64,000 nucleotides of DNA. It comes from an uncultured Desulfospira sp. GTDB taxonomy: Bacteria > Desulfobacterota > Desulfobacteria > Desulfobacterales > Desulfobacteraceae. The stretch spans positions 1,536,001-1,600,000 of the forward strand of contig OY760175.1 of the NCBI GenBank assembly GCA_963663165.1. Reading direction: 5' to 3'. Each line of letters begins with the position of its first letter. Within the stretch, counting starts at the first letter, position 1. The notes under the pieces are model-generated. The model worked only from the letters and a program-made list of their open reading frames with translations. It was not told where the DNA came from and made no database searches. Below are positions 8,144-17,980 of this stretch, one piece after another. Position numbers and translations under genes: made by a program.

Positions 8144-9535
8144 TTATCCTTTCCTGACCCGCTGGGTCTTGAACTGTTGGGTCTTAAGCCGTTGGGCAAG
8201 TTTCCTGAGTTTGAGCTTCATGCCCTGGATATTCCGGTTGGTCACACCGGCCACGGTCACATTTACACGGCTGTCTTCTGATGTTGCAATTTCAATATAA
8301 TAAGATTCATGGGACATGAAAAAGGTCACCCAGCATCCCAGGATCATGAGGATAAATCCGGCATACACATACCAGACCCCGGGGTCTTTGGTTACCTGAA
8401 GTCCGGTGTAATACCGCTGGTTAAATTCTTTAACCACCACGGTAAACCGCCCCTTTCTCATCTTGTCGAATGTGGGGAATTGGGTGGGCAGGGCAATGGT
8501 GAACGGGGCTTCGTTTCCCAGGGTGATGCGGCCGAAAAAGGCCTCCCCGAGGTTGTGCCCCTTAAAATCATAGTGGGGCAGAAACCCTTCAAACATGAAA
8601 CTGCCCTGCCCCCCGGGCAAGGGCCCTGCCTGCCCGGCCTCAAGTTCATGGGTGACCTGTTCTTTGGTCTGGTTGTCGGTGATGGCAAACACGGCCGAAT
8701 CCGGGGATGCCGTCCCATAGGAGGCCTGAAAAATATTGATCCCTTTATATCTTAAGGGGTGATTGACCAGGATGTCCTTTGAAAGACTGTCCCTGCCGTT
8801 TTCCACAATGGTCAGGGTGGAGCGGAACTCTTCAGGGGCGCCGGTGTCATAAAACTTTACTTTAAAATCGTCGCACCGGATGGCAAAATCAAGCTTGATG
8901 GGAACCTTTGTCCGGAATGCGGTGACACTGTCGGCCGATTCTCCCTCGTCCAGCCTTAAATTGGCCTTGAATCCGAAAACCGCCCCGATAAGGGCCCCGA
9001 GCAGCAGCAGCAGGATACTGGCATGAACCACATAAACCCCAATTCGGGTCCACCGCCCTTTTTCCGCATACAGGATCAGGCTTTTGTCCAGATCTTTACG
9101 GATCAGCTTTCCCCCCTGCCTCTTTAAGGCCTTTTCACAGATCCCGGCCATGGACGCAAGGTCTTCGGGGCTTGAGAAACTTTCTGTGAGTTTGGTTTTT
9201 CTGAACCGGTCCGGGTTGACCTTTACCTGTCTGGGGAAAATGATTTTCCAGGTATGGGAGAGCCGTTCAACCGAACAGACCACAATATTGATACAAAGAA
9301 TCACCAGCAGCAGCAGAAACCACCAGGCATGGTACATATCGTTGAGGCCCATGGCAAAGATAAAATTGGCCGTACCTTCGCCGTAGAGCCTGACATACTG
9401 CATGGGATTCCCGTTCTGAAGAACAATGGTCCCGACGATTGAGGTTGAAGCCAGCAGAACCAGGGTATACACCGTCAGCTTGACGGAACTGAAAAATATC
9501 CATATCTGCTCAGGAATGGTTTGTTTGTTTTTCAA
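8144..9535 (-). CDS. resB: Cytochrome c biogenesis protein ResB/Ccs1
   Basis: FFSSVKL, YHAWWF, VVHASI, VNHPL.YKG and YTGLQVTKDPG motifs. The start is uncertain (TTG at 9535 or upstream at 9580). Confidence 0.88.
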   Translation of the reverse strand: MKNKQTIPEQIWIFFSSVKLTVYTLVLLASTSIVGTIVLQNGNPMQYVRLYGEGTANFIFAMGLNDMYHAWWFLLLLVILCINIVVCSVERLSHTWKIIFPRQVKVNPDRFRKTKLTESFSSPEDLASMAGICEKALKRQGGKLIRKDLDKSLILYAEKGRWTRIGVYVVHASILLLLLGALIGAVFGFKANLRLDEGESADSVTAFRTKVPIKLDFAIRCDDFKVKFYDTGAPEEFRSTLTIVENGRDSLSKDILVNHPLRYKGINIFQASYGTASPDSAVFAITDNQTKEQVTHELEAGQAGPLPGGQGSFMFEGFLPHYDFKGHNLGEAFFGRITLGNEAPFTIALPTQFPTFDKMRKGRFTVVVKEFNQRYYTGLQVTKDPGVWYVYAGFILMILGCWVTFFMSHESYYIEIATSEDSRVNVTVAGVTNRNIQGMKLKLRKLAQRLKTQQFKTQRVRKG

Positions 9536-9635
9536 ATGTCTCTTTCCAGGTTGTTGTTTGATCAAGAAGGGTCCACCCAAAAGGGTGGCTGTTTATGGAC
9601 GTTCCTGCCCCCCTGTCGGCACCCCATATTTGGGA

Positions 9636-11435
9636 CTAACGGCCTGATGGGTTGCGGGCCAGAGCATCTTCCAGGAAGGCTGACAAATTCGAAGTTTGTT
9701 CCTGCCCTGCCCCCATGGCAGCCCGGATCACGTCCATTTTGCCTAAAATCACGGCCTTTTTTCTGGCCCGGGTCACCCCGGTATACAAAAGGCTTCGGGT
9801 CACCACAGGGGATAACTGGTCCGGGATAATGATCAGCACCGTATCAAACTCAGACCCCTGGCTTTTGTGGATGGTCACAGCCCAGGCCGGTTCATGGGCC
9901 GGAAGATCCGCATACCGGTATGTTCGAATTGTTTTGTCCGGCATTTTAAACCCTGCCCGCTCTCCTTTGCCGTCCTGCCCAAAAACCACCCCGGTGTCTC
10001 CGTTGAACAGCCCTTTGTCATAATCATTTAACCGAATCATAATCATCCGTTTAAAAAATTTGTTCTTTATACCAGAATCCCCCCTGATCCGCAAAATTTT
10101 TTCACAAATGCCGTTCACTTGACCCGTGCCGGCTTCTCCCCGGTTATGGGCGCAAAGTATCCTGAAATCATCTGTTTTTTCTAAGGCATCGGCCAAATTC
10201 CCGGCCGCTGAAAATTTTTGGTATCCCTGTAAAACAAGCTCCTGGAGCAGGGCATTTTTGCCCCCTGCCCTGCCCGGTTCTTTAAACATAAGGTCATCAA
10301 AGTCCCCCTGTTTTAAGACCGCCGTTAATTTGCTGACATCATTTCTCCGGATGGCGTCTGCGATGTTTTCGAGGCCGGTTTTTCCGCCGGACCGGAAATT
10401 GTATTCCAGGAATACCTTGTGGCCATCCAGGGCCGGGGTGGCGCAGATTTCACTGAAAACCGCGCCGGCCTGCACTGGTGACAGCTGGTGGCCGTCCCCG
10501 AGCAGAATTACCCGGGCATATAAGGGAAGGGCCTCTAACAGCCTGGTCATCAAGGCAAGGTCGATCATGGACGCCTCATCAATAATGACCAAATCCGCTG
10601 CCAGGGGGTTGTCCCGGTTGTGAACAAATCCGGGCCTGTCCTTCAAGGGGACCAGGGCCGAGTGAATGGTGGCCCCTTTGGTCAGCCTGGCGGCTGCCTT
10701 GCCCGTGGGGGCCAGGCAGACCACCTTAGGACAGGGAAGGTTCCGGGATTTGGCATATGCCAGGACAAGGGACTGAATGATATCCGTGATATGGGTCTTG
10801 CCGGTGCCGGGTCCCCCGGATATCACGGTGAAATATTGGGTCAACGCCTTTCGGACGGCCTGCTGCTGGGGGCCGGTGGTAACCGGGTCCTGGCCTTGAA
10901 ATGGCAAGGCCGACTGCTGCAGGGCAAAATCCGGGTCCATATCCGGAGAACCGGCCCTGACCCTGCGTCGGATATTGTCTGAAAGTCTTTGCTGAAAATC
11001 GTAATACCTGGACAGATACAGGCACCCGCCCTGGTCCAGAACCAGGGGATGTGCTTTGACAGGGCCGTTCCGGCTGCCAGATGCTTGGCATACCGGGCAG
11101 GCGTTGACCATATGTGCGGTTTTAAGCGATGCGGTCCAATCTTCTATTTCAGGAAGCCTGATGCCTGCCGGCCGGCTGTGATCCTCTTTACCGCCGCGGC
11201 TCAACTCATCATCCAGGAAAGAAGACAGAACCGAGCCGGCCGCTTTTTTAAGGTCCAGAAAGGCCACCCCTTGGGACAGTGCCCTGGACACAAGCGCCGC
11301 AGAAACCAGCACCCGTTCCCCGTCTTCCGGGAAAATCCGGTTCATTGATTTGGCAAAAAAATAATCCTGCCTGTTGATCAGCCCATGCTCAAACAGCATG
11401 TCCAGTCCCGGCTCAACCGGTTTTTGCCCTGCCAT
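9636..11435 (-). CDS. recD: Exodeoxyribonuclease V alpha subunit (RecD helicase)
   Basis: GGPGTGKT, APTGKAA, DEASM, LFNGD, TIHKSQGSEF and LLYTGVTRA motifs, with a RecBCD-type N-terminus (LYL.RY). Confidence 0.88.
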   Translation of the reverse strand: MAGQKPVEPGLDMLFEHGLINRQDYFFAKSMNRIFPEDGERVLVSAALVSRALSQGVAFLDLKKAAGSVLSSFLDDELSRGGKEDHSRPAGIRLPEIEDWTASLKTAHMVNACPVCQASGSRNGPVKAHPLVLDQGGCLYLSRYYDFQQRLSDNIRRRVRAGSPDMDPDFALQQSALPFQGQDPVTTGPQQQAVRKALTQYFTVISGGPGTGKTHITDIIQSLVLAYAKSRNLPCPKVVCLAPTGKAAARLTKGATIHSALVPLKDRPGFVHNRDNPLAADLVIIDEASMIDLALMTRLLEALPLYARVILLGDGHQLSPVQAGAVFSEICATPALDGHKVFLEYNFRSGGKTGLENIADAIRRNDVSKLTAVLKQGDFDDLMFKEPGRAGGKNALLQELVLQGYQKFSAAGNLADALEKTDDFRILCAHNRGEAGTGQVNGICEKILRIRGDSGIKNKFFKRMIMIRLNDYDKGLFNGDTGVVFGQDGKGERAGFKMPDKTIRTYRYADLPAHEPAWAVTIHKSQGSEFDTVLIIIPDQLSPVVTRSLLYTGVTRARKKAVILGKMDVIRAAMGAGQEQTSNLSAFLEDALARNPSGR

Positions 11436-11695
11436 ACCTTAAAAATCCTTTGATTGTTTTTCAGCATTAGCTGAATATCATCACTGTTATCCTGGCGTTT
11501 TAGCAGTATAAACCCCATGTTTCAATTTGATTTTCCATGGTTTTTGAAAAAAGGGCGGATAATGCACGGATTTTTAAACGGTTTGGTTTCTTTGCTTGAG
11601 AAGCTATGAAAAAAGACGGAGACGGAGGGGAGGTAAATGAGAATCAGACCACAAAAGGCCGCCCATTCTCAAAAGGCGATTCCTTTTCTTTTCCA

Positions 11696-11977
11696 TCAGG
11701 TATGGACACCCTGCCTTCTGTCCTGCCCGATTCGGCGGTTGTCCCGAAAAGACAGGCTGACAAAGACGCCGTCTCGAACACAGCTCCTTCGGTCGGCCCT
11801 GGATCTGCGCCTGTCTTTTTTGAACCTTCGGGTAACCGTCTTTCTCCGGCTTGAAAACCCCCTGATCTCTTTGGGCGAATCAACAGTTTCGTTTAAGACG
11901 GGTAATATTTTATAATCAAATGTCATAAGCGCCGGGTCCTTGTTTATTTTCCTCACTTTATTACTGGGAATCGTCAT
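11696..11977 (-). CDS. Hypothetical basic protein with repeated DRR/RR motifs
   Basis: KDRRRSRADRRSCVRDGVFVSLSFRDNRRIGQDRR; the start may be the internal Met (MTFDY). Confidence 0.5.
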   Translation of the reverse strand: MTIPSNKVRKINKDPALMTFDYKILPVLNETVDSPKEIRGFSSRRKTVTRRFKKDRRRSRADRRSCVRDGVFVSLSFRDNRRIGQDRRQGVHT

Positions 11978-12040
11978 ATGTGACCATAAACTTTAATTTA
12001 CCCGGACACTTATTGCATTTTTTGCCGCAAATCTCCTTCT

Positions 12041-12119
12041 ACCGGACCGACCTTTTGGTTGCGAGGATTGCAACTATCCCTGCAACACAGCAGATGGGAA
12101 AGTTTTTGTTCAAACACTA
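12041..12119 (-). mobile_element. MITE-like element family B, truncated copy
   Basis: TAGTGTTTGAACAAAAAC..CCCATCTGCTGTGTTGCAG..TTGCAATCCTC matches the left half of the 29191 and 62203 copies; it starts at the hemerythrin TAG stop. Confidence 0.75.
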
Positions 12120-12557
12120 TTTTTTCTTGGTGACATCATCAATATACTGATGAATCCTCAAAAACGGTTTGTATTCACAATCACTGGTTTCAATGTGTTC
12201 AACCATCCAGTCCCTTAAATCAACAATGGCTTCCAGGGTCAGATTTTCGACATCCTCGGCTATTTCTCTGCGCATATTGATGCTGGTTTTGATGAAATGG
12301 CGGTGCTGCCTGACATGGGCATCAAAATCCGGATACTTCCGTTTTTTAAGCAGCTTTTCTTCAGAAGAAAAAAACAGTTTCCCGGCATCGTTAATTTCTG
12401 AAATCATGTTGGCAATGATCTTGGGATCTGTCTTTTTTTGTTTCAAATCAATCAGTTCATTGAACTGGTCAAACAGGCTTTTTTGATAATTGTCCACTTC
12501 CTCGACTTCCACACCAAATTTGGGGTCCCAGTCAATGGTTAAATTTTTCTTGCTCAT
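12117..12557 (-). CDS. Hemerythrin-family protein with degenerate iron ligands
   Basis: W...F.V.V..VD, F..EE..L....YP....H...H and W...HI...D pattern; start placed at MSKKN. Confidence 0.8.
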   Translation of the reverse strand: MSKKNLTIDWDPKFGVEVEEVDNYQKSLFDQFNELIDLKQKKTDPKIIANMISEINDAGKLFFSSEEKLLKKRKYPDFDAHVRQHRHFIKTSINMRREIAEDVENLTLEAIVDLRDWMVEHIETSDCEYKPFLRIHQYIDDVTKKK

Positions 12558-12571
12558 TTTAAAAAACTCCT

Positions 12572-12754
12572 CTACTTTTTTTTGCCCAGCCACATGCTTC
12601 CCAGGACAGCCACTGAAACAATCACGGCCGTCAAGCCGGCAAATATATATCCATTATCGCCAAACCGGGGATAAATTACCATGGGCACCAGAACCACATA
12701 CAATACCGTATGAAATACGCCGATGCCCACAATCCTAATCCAGGCCCGCTTCAC
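12572..12754 (-). CDS. Small two-TM membrane protein
   Basis: 60 aa, hydrophobic; the GTG start overlaps the mpl stop. Confidence 0.6.
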   Translation of the reverse strand: MKRAWIRIVGIGVFHTVLYVVLVPMVIYPRFGDNGYIFAGLTAVIVSVAVLGSMWLGKKK

Positions 12755-14163
12755 GTGATTCGTTCCAGTATCCGCTCATGAATGTTGTCAAAACCGCCGT
12801 TGGACATGACCAGGACCAGATCATTTTCCCTCAAAACCCCGGGCAGAAATTCAAGTATCTCATCCACCTTTCCAAAACAGCGGGCCGGCACCCCCATTGA
12901 ATTGATATCATCCGCCAGTTTTTCCGGTAAAAACCGCTCGTTGTCGGGAATGTTCTTCTTGACACCAGGTTTGCAGATACAGACCATGTCCGCTGCTTTA
13001 AAGGCTGCCGGATAATCGTCCTGGAAGAAATGCCGCATACTGGTATTGGTCCGGGGCTCAAACACGGCAATCAGGCGCCCCTCACTGTAAAAGGGCTTTA
13101 CAGCGGCAATGGTTTCCCTGACCGCTGTGGGATGATGGGCAAAATCATCCATCACCGTGATCCCCTTTTTCACGCCCCGGATTTCCTGGCGCCGTTTTAC
13201 CCCTGAAAAACAGGCCATGGCATCCACCACCGTTCCGGGATCAATGCCGATCATCTGTGCTGCAGCGGCACAGGCCAGGAAATTTAAAAGGTTGTGCCGG
13301 CCCACCATGGGTGTTTCTATGGCATAGTCAATGCCCGGTCCGCAGATCTGGGCCACCGTTTTGCCCTCTTTTTTACCGTACTTGCCCAGGTGCCAGTCCC
13401 CGTTCTTAAGCTCAAAGCCGCCGTAAGTTTGTGCAGGGGCGCTGCTTGACGAAAGAATATCCATTAGAGTGGAATTTTCAAGACAGGCGATGATCCGGGA
13501 TCTGCCTTCATTTTTCTGGACCAGGCCTAAGAAAATCTCTTTTACATGGTCAAGGTCCCTGAAAATATCGGCATGGTCAAATTCCACCCCGGTCATGATG
13601 GTGATATAGGGATCATAATGCATGAATTTTGGGCCTTTATCAAAAAAGGCCGTGTCATATTCATCCCCTTCAATCACCATGTATTCCCCTGACCCGAGCC
13701 GGAAACTGGTTTCATACCCTTTGAGAATCCCGCCGATCATAAACGATGGATCATACCCGGCATGGGCCAGGATATGAGCCATAATGGAAGATGTGGTGGT
13801 CTTGCCATGGGTCCCGGTTACCAGAATAATTTTCTTTTGGGCTGCCACGAACCGGTTCACGGCCTGGGGCATGGACAGATAAGGAATATCCGAGTTGATG
13901 ACGGCCTTTGCCTCAGGATTTTCCCTTGTAACGGCGTTTCCAATGATGACCAGGTCCGGTTTCGGGTCCAGGTGGGACGGATCAAACCCCGCATAAAGCG
14001 GCACGCCGTTTTTTTCTAAAAAAACGCTCATGGGCGGATAGACATTCTGGTCTGATCCGGTGACCTCATGGCCCATCTCCTTTAGAATACAGGCCAGGGT
14101 CCCCATGCCGGTGCCGCAGGCGGCGATCAGGTGAATGCGCAACGGCTTTGACGGCTCTCCCAT
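12751..14163 (-). CDS. mpl: Murein tripeptide ligase (UDP-MurNAc:L-Ala-gamma-D-Glu-mDAP ligase)
   Basis: CGTGMG, SDQNVYPPMS, GTHGKTTT, EGDEYDTAFFDK and DDFAHHPTA motifs. Confidence 0.92.
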   Translation of the reverse strand: MGEPSKPLRIHLIAACGTGMGTLACILKEMGHEVTGSDQNVYPPMSVFLEKNGVPLYAGFDPSHLDPKPDLVIIGNAVTRENPEAKAVINSDIPYLSMPQAVNRFVAAQKKIILVTGTHGKTTTSSIMAHILAHAGYDPSFMIGGILKGYETSFRLGSGEYMVIEGDEYDTAFFDKGPKFMHYDPYITIMTGVEFDHADIFRDLDHVKEIFLGLVQKNEGRSRIIACLENSTLMDILSSSSAPAQTYGGFELKNGDWHLGKYGKKEGKTVAQICGPGIDYAIETPMVGRHNLLNFLACAAAAQMIGIDPGTVVDAMACFSGVKRRQEIRGVKKGITVMDDFAHHPTAVRETIAAVKPFYSEGRLIAVFEPRTNTSMRHFFQDDYPAAFKAADMVCICKPGVKKNIPDNERFLPEKLADDINSMGVPARCFGKVDEILEFLPGVLRENDLVLVMSNGGFDNIHERILERIT

Positions 14164-15452
14164 TACTTTTCCAAACCCGCCATGACGTCCTGTGCCGCCG
14201 CCACCGTATCCGCTATGTCCTGGTCTGTATGGGCAAGGCTGATAAAACAGGCCTCAAACTGTGACGGTGCCAGATAAACCCCCCTTTCCAACATTCCCCG
14301 GTAAAAGGCGGCAAACCGCTCCAGGCGGCAGGTCTTGGCGTCATCAAAATTATGGACGGCACGATCTGTAAAAAAGAACCCGGCCATGGAGCCCACGTGG
14401 CCGGCCTGAAACGGAATCCCGGCCGTGTCGGCCGCACTTTGAAAGCCCTCAATCAGGGTTTTTGTTTTATGGTTTAACGCCTCATAGACCCCGTCTTTTT
14501 GAAGTGCGGTCAGGGTGGCAATACCGGCGGCCATGGCCAGCGGGTTCCCGGAAAGGGTGCCGGCCTGGTAAATGGATCCGGTGGGGGCAATGGCATCCAT
14601 GATCTGGCGTCTTCCGCCATAGGCACCCACGGGCAGACCGCCGCCAATGACCTTGCCAAAACAGGACAAATCCGGGGTAATCTTGAACAAGCCCTGGGCA
14701 GACCCTTTATGGACCCGGAAGCCGGTCATGACTTCATCAAAAATCAGCAGGGTCCCGTGTTTTCGGGTCAGTTCCCGCAGGGTTTCCAGAAACCCGTCCA
14801 CCGGCTCAACCATGCCCATATTGCCGGCCACAGGTTCGAGAATCACGCAGGCCACCTGATCTCCCATCTTTTCCATGACTGCGGCAAAACCGTCAATGTC
14901 ATTATAGGTCAAGGAAAGGGTATTTTTGATCACCGGCTCCGGAACCCCGGGGCTGCCCGGAATTCCCAGGGTGGCAACACCAGAGCCCGCCGCCACCAGC
15001 AGGGTATCGGCATGGCCATGATAGCACCCGTCAAACTTAATGATGATATCCCGGCCGGTATATCCCCTGGCCAGGCGGACGGCGCTCATGGTGGCCTCGG
15101 TGCCGGAGTTAACCATCCGGACCATTTCCACAGACGGAACCATCTGCGTTACCAGGGTGGCCAACCGGGTTTCAAGGGCTGTGGGCGCCCCGAAGCTGGT
15201 CCCGGTTTCCAGTACCTCTTTTAAGGCATCAATGACCTCAGGGGGACGATGCCCCAAGATAAGCGGTCCCCAGGAAAGGACATAGTCGATATATGAATTT
15301 CCATCGGCATCATAGAGCCTGGCCTTTTCCCCTTTTTCAATAAACAGCGGCTGTCCCCCGACAGAGCTGCAGGCCCTTACCGGTGAGTTCACCCCGCCGG
15401 GGATCACTTCCCTGGCACCTTTAAACAACTGGTCTGATTTTATCTTCAACAT
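14163..15452 (-). CDS. hemL: Glutamate-1-semialdehyde 2,1-aminomutase
   Basis: [27 protein letters not shown] and GKVIGGG motifs. Confidence 0.96.
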   Translation of the reverse strand: MLKIKSDQLFKGAREVIPGGVNSPVRACSSVGGQPLFIEKGEKARLYDADGNSYIDYVLSWGPLILGHRPPEVIDALKEVLETGTSFGAPTALETRLATLVTQMVPSVEMVRMVNSGTEATMSAVRLARGYTGRDIIIKFDGCYHGHADTLLVAAGSGVATLGIPGSPGVPEPVIKNTLSLTYNDIDGFAAVMEKMGDQVACVILEPVAGNMGMVEPVDGFLETLRELTRKHGTLLIFDEVMTGFRVHKGSAQGLFKITPDLSCFGKVIGGGLPVGAYGGRRQIMDAIAPTGSIYQAGTLSGNPLAMAAGIATLTALQKDGVYEALNHKTKTLIEGFQSAADTAGIPFQAGHVGSMAGFFFTDRAVHNFDDAKTCRLERFAAFYRGMLERGVYLAPSQFEACFISLAHTDQDIADTVAAAQDVMAGLEK

Positions 15453-15758
15453 TTAATATCTCCATAACCGTCATAAACAGGTTAACTTTTAACCCCCCAG
15501 GCTGCCGCCATAATCCCGATTAAATATTGTGACCGACAGATTAATGGCTGACAGCTAAAGTATTCGAATATATCAAACCCGGCTTTACAGGGTCAATGGT
15601 TTATTCACCACTCAAACCCCGTTCGCAAAACCATCCGGAACGCCTTCTTTTCATTGGCTAATCATCGCATATCTTATTAATTTTCAAATAGATACGCCCA
15701 TTAAAGCGGATTAAAAACCCAAAAAGAAACCATCCCCAAACCAAATCCTAAAAAATCA

Positions 15759-15787
15759 TTGACAATCAGAAAAATCGCTGGTATTTT
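15759..15787 (+). promoter_or_regulatory. Sigma70 promoter of tRNA-Lys
   Basis: TTGACA-17 bp-TATTTT with a TG extension. Confidence 0.6.
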
Positions 15788-15805
15788 TCCAAAGTTTTTT
15801 TCCTG

Positions 15806-15881
15806 GGGCCATTAGCTCAATTGGTAGAGCAACTGACTCTTAATCAGTAGGTCCACCGTTCGATCCGGTGATGGCCCACCA
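15806..15881 (+). tRNA. tRNA-Lys (anticodon CTT)
   Basis: GGGCCAT/ATGGCCC acceptor stem, CTGACT-CTT-AATCAG anticodon arm, TTCGA T-loop and encoded CCA. Confidence 0.95.
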
Positions 15882-15891
15882 TGAAATCACA

Positions 15892-15930
15892 AGGCTTTCA
15901 GCGATTTTCTGCTGAAAGCCTTTTTTATTT
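15892..15930 (+). terminator. Terminator after tRNA-Lys
   Basis: AGGCTTTCAGC...GCTGAAAGCC followed by TTTTTT. Confidence 0.8.
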
Positions 15931-16123
15931 GACATACCTTCTTGTCCCCATTTTTTAATCTATGGGGACTGGTCCCCACTCGCAAGGCCGTGGTGTTTTC
16001 TTGACTCGGCCATCCACTTTCTAATCCTCTTTGGGATTATCGTTCATTCAGGCATATACTTTTGCGTCTGGCCCGGCCTTGATACCATAATTTTAAGTCT
16101 TTCCCTTTCAAATAAAATGGGGC

Positions 16124-16168
16124 CCCGATAGTCGTTCACCCGATAGTCGTTCACCCGATAGTCGTTCA
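16124..16168. repeat. 15-bp perfect tandem repeat, three copies
   Basis: CCCGATAGTCGTTCA x3. Confidence 0.9.
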
Positions 16169-16297
16169 ATTTACCGCACGAAAACAGAACCACAACAAAA
16201 ATATATTTTTATTCCATCGGTAACTCGGAAAGGGAACAGATTGGAATGGTAGCTTCGGAATTTAAAAAAGGCTCACCCCCAATCCCCACACCAAACA

Positions 16298-16330
16298 AAA
16301 AAGCTCTCAGGGGAAACCCCTAAGAGCCTT
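16298..16330 (-). terminator. Terminator after tRNA-Arg
   Basis: GCTCTTAGGGG-TTT-CCCCTGAGAGC followed by TTTTTT on the minus strand. Confidence 0.75.
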
Positions 16331-16338
16331 GTTATCAG

Positions 16339-16415
<77 letters not shown>

Positions 16416-16522
16416 AACAAAAAGGCTTTTTACCAAATACCGGTGTTTTTGGCAAGATAAAAAACCGGCATATTGTACATTTTTGAACCGGGATCGGTAA
16501 AAATCCCATAACCTGTTCCAGG

Positions 16523-16741
16523 CTAATCCGCCTCGGGCAAATGGGTATCATCTTCCATCCGGGCGTGGAAAAGCTGGTTTTCATTTGCCCTGATGAGTTT
16601 CTGGCAGTGAGGGCAGACCATTTTCAGGTTCTGGACGTTTCCTTTGAATAAAAACCGGGAACAGAACGGGCAGTGGTATCTTTTTAAACTGTGGTCGCTT
16701 TCCATGGGCGGGATAATGGGAGTGGGCTTTTCCTGGTTCAT
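16523..16741 (-). CDS. Small zinc-ribbon protein (Com-like spacing)
   Basis: YHCPFCSRFLFKG...LKMVCPHCQKLI, two CxxC pairs. Confidence 0.6.
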   Translation of the reverse strand: MNQEKPTPIIPPMESDHSLKRYHCPFCSRFLFKGNVQNLKMVCPHCQKLIRANENQLFHARMEDDTHLPEAD

Positions 16742-16995
16742 GCTGTCTTCTCTTCTGCTTTGGCTTTTAAAAGAGGATCTGGATCCGCAATTCTTGCTTT
16801 CATCTGTTTATACGGTTTTGCTGTAAAACTGTTCCGAGTTGTAAACTGGTACAAGAATATAGCGTTTTTCAGCAGAGTCAAGAAAATTGATGTCATCGGG
16901 CCAAGATAACTTTTTGGTAAAAATATATTCCTTTTATCAGGCCGTTGATAATGGTATATTTAACTTTTTATAAAAACCCATCAAAGGTCCGTGGA

Positions 16996-17961
16996 ATGAA
17001 AAAAGAGCCCGATCAGACAAATCTTCCGGAAGAAAAAAAGAAACTGACAAAAGAAGATTTTCTTGTGCCGGTGTCCAAGGCCAAGACTTCGAGTTCCAAA
17101 GCGCTTGTCAAATCTGACCCTGTCCAGAGTTATTTAAATGAAATCAACCGGTACCGACTGTTGACCAGGGAAGAAGAAATTGAACTGGGCAAAAGAATAC
17201 AGGAAGACGAGGATCAGGAAGCCGCCTATATCATGACCACCTCCAATTTGAGGCTGGTGGTTAAAATCGCCCTGGAATTTCAAAGGATCTGGATGCAGAA
17301 CCTTTTAGACTTGATCCAGGAAGGCAACATCGGACTGGTCCAGGCCGTGAAAAAATTCAACCCCTATAAGAATGTCAAATTCTCCTATTATGCATCTTTC
17401 TGGATCAAGGCCTATATTCTCAAATTTATCATGGATAACTGGCGCATGGTCAAAATCGGCACCACCCAGGGCCAGCGAAAGTTGTTTTTCCGGTTAAAAA
17501 AAGAAAAACAGCTCCTGATTGAGCAGGGCTTTGACCCCAAACCCAAGCTGCTGTCCCAAAGGCTCGGGGTATCGGAAAAAGAGGTCATTGACATGGACCA
17601 GCGGCTGGCCAACTGGGATTTGTCTCTGGATGAACCCTTAAAAGATGATTCCAACACCGAAAGAATTGAATTTGTAAATGTTGAGGCTGAATCCTCTGAA
17701 GACCAGGTGGCCAAAAAAGAGATTGAAGATATTCTTCACACCAAAGTGAATACCTTCAAAAAAACCCTCAATGAAAGGGAGCTTGAAATTTTTGAACGGC
17801 GTATTTTTTCAGACAGCCCTGAAACCTTGCAGGAAATAGGACAGGAATATGCCATTTCACGGGAACGGGTCCGGCAGATCGAAAACAATATCTTAAAAAA
17901 GATGAAAGAATATTTTAAAAAGGATATGCCCGACTTTGATATGTACGATCACAGCCAGTAA
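16996..17961 (+). CDS. rpoH: RNA polymerase sigma-32 family factor
   Basis: NLRLVVKIA, DLIQEGNIGL, the RpoH box QRKLFFRL, and SRERVRQIE. Confidence 0.9.
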   Translation: MKKEPDQTNLPEEKKKLTKEDFLVPVSKAKTSSSKALVKSDPVQSYLNEINRYRLLTREEEIELGKRIQEDEDQEAAYIMTTSNLRLVVKIALEFQRIWMQNLLDLIQEGNIGLVQAVKKFNPYKNVKFSYYASFWIKAYILKFIMDNWRMVKIGTTQGQRKLFFRLKKEKQLLIEQGFDPKPKLLSQRLGVSEKEVIDMDQRLANWDLSLDEPLKDDSNTERIEFVNVEAESSEDQVAKKEIEDILHTKVNTFKKTLNERELEIFERRIFSDSPETLQEIGQEYAISRERVRQIENNILKKMKEYFKKDMPDFDMYDHSQ

Positions 17962-17980
17962 ATCCTCTAAAAAAAAATAA

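Noticed and set aside
12001..12110. Possible riboswitch upstream of the DRR-motif ORF
   Set aside because: The sequence is explained as a truncated family B MITE, and no recognisable aptamer consensus is present.
16124..16168. Possible CRISPR array
   Set aside because: The repeats are 15 bp and contiguous, with no spacers, and there are no cas genes in the window.
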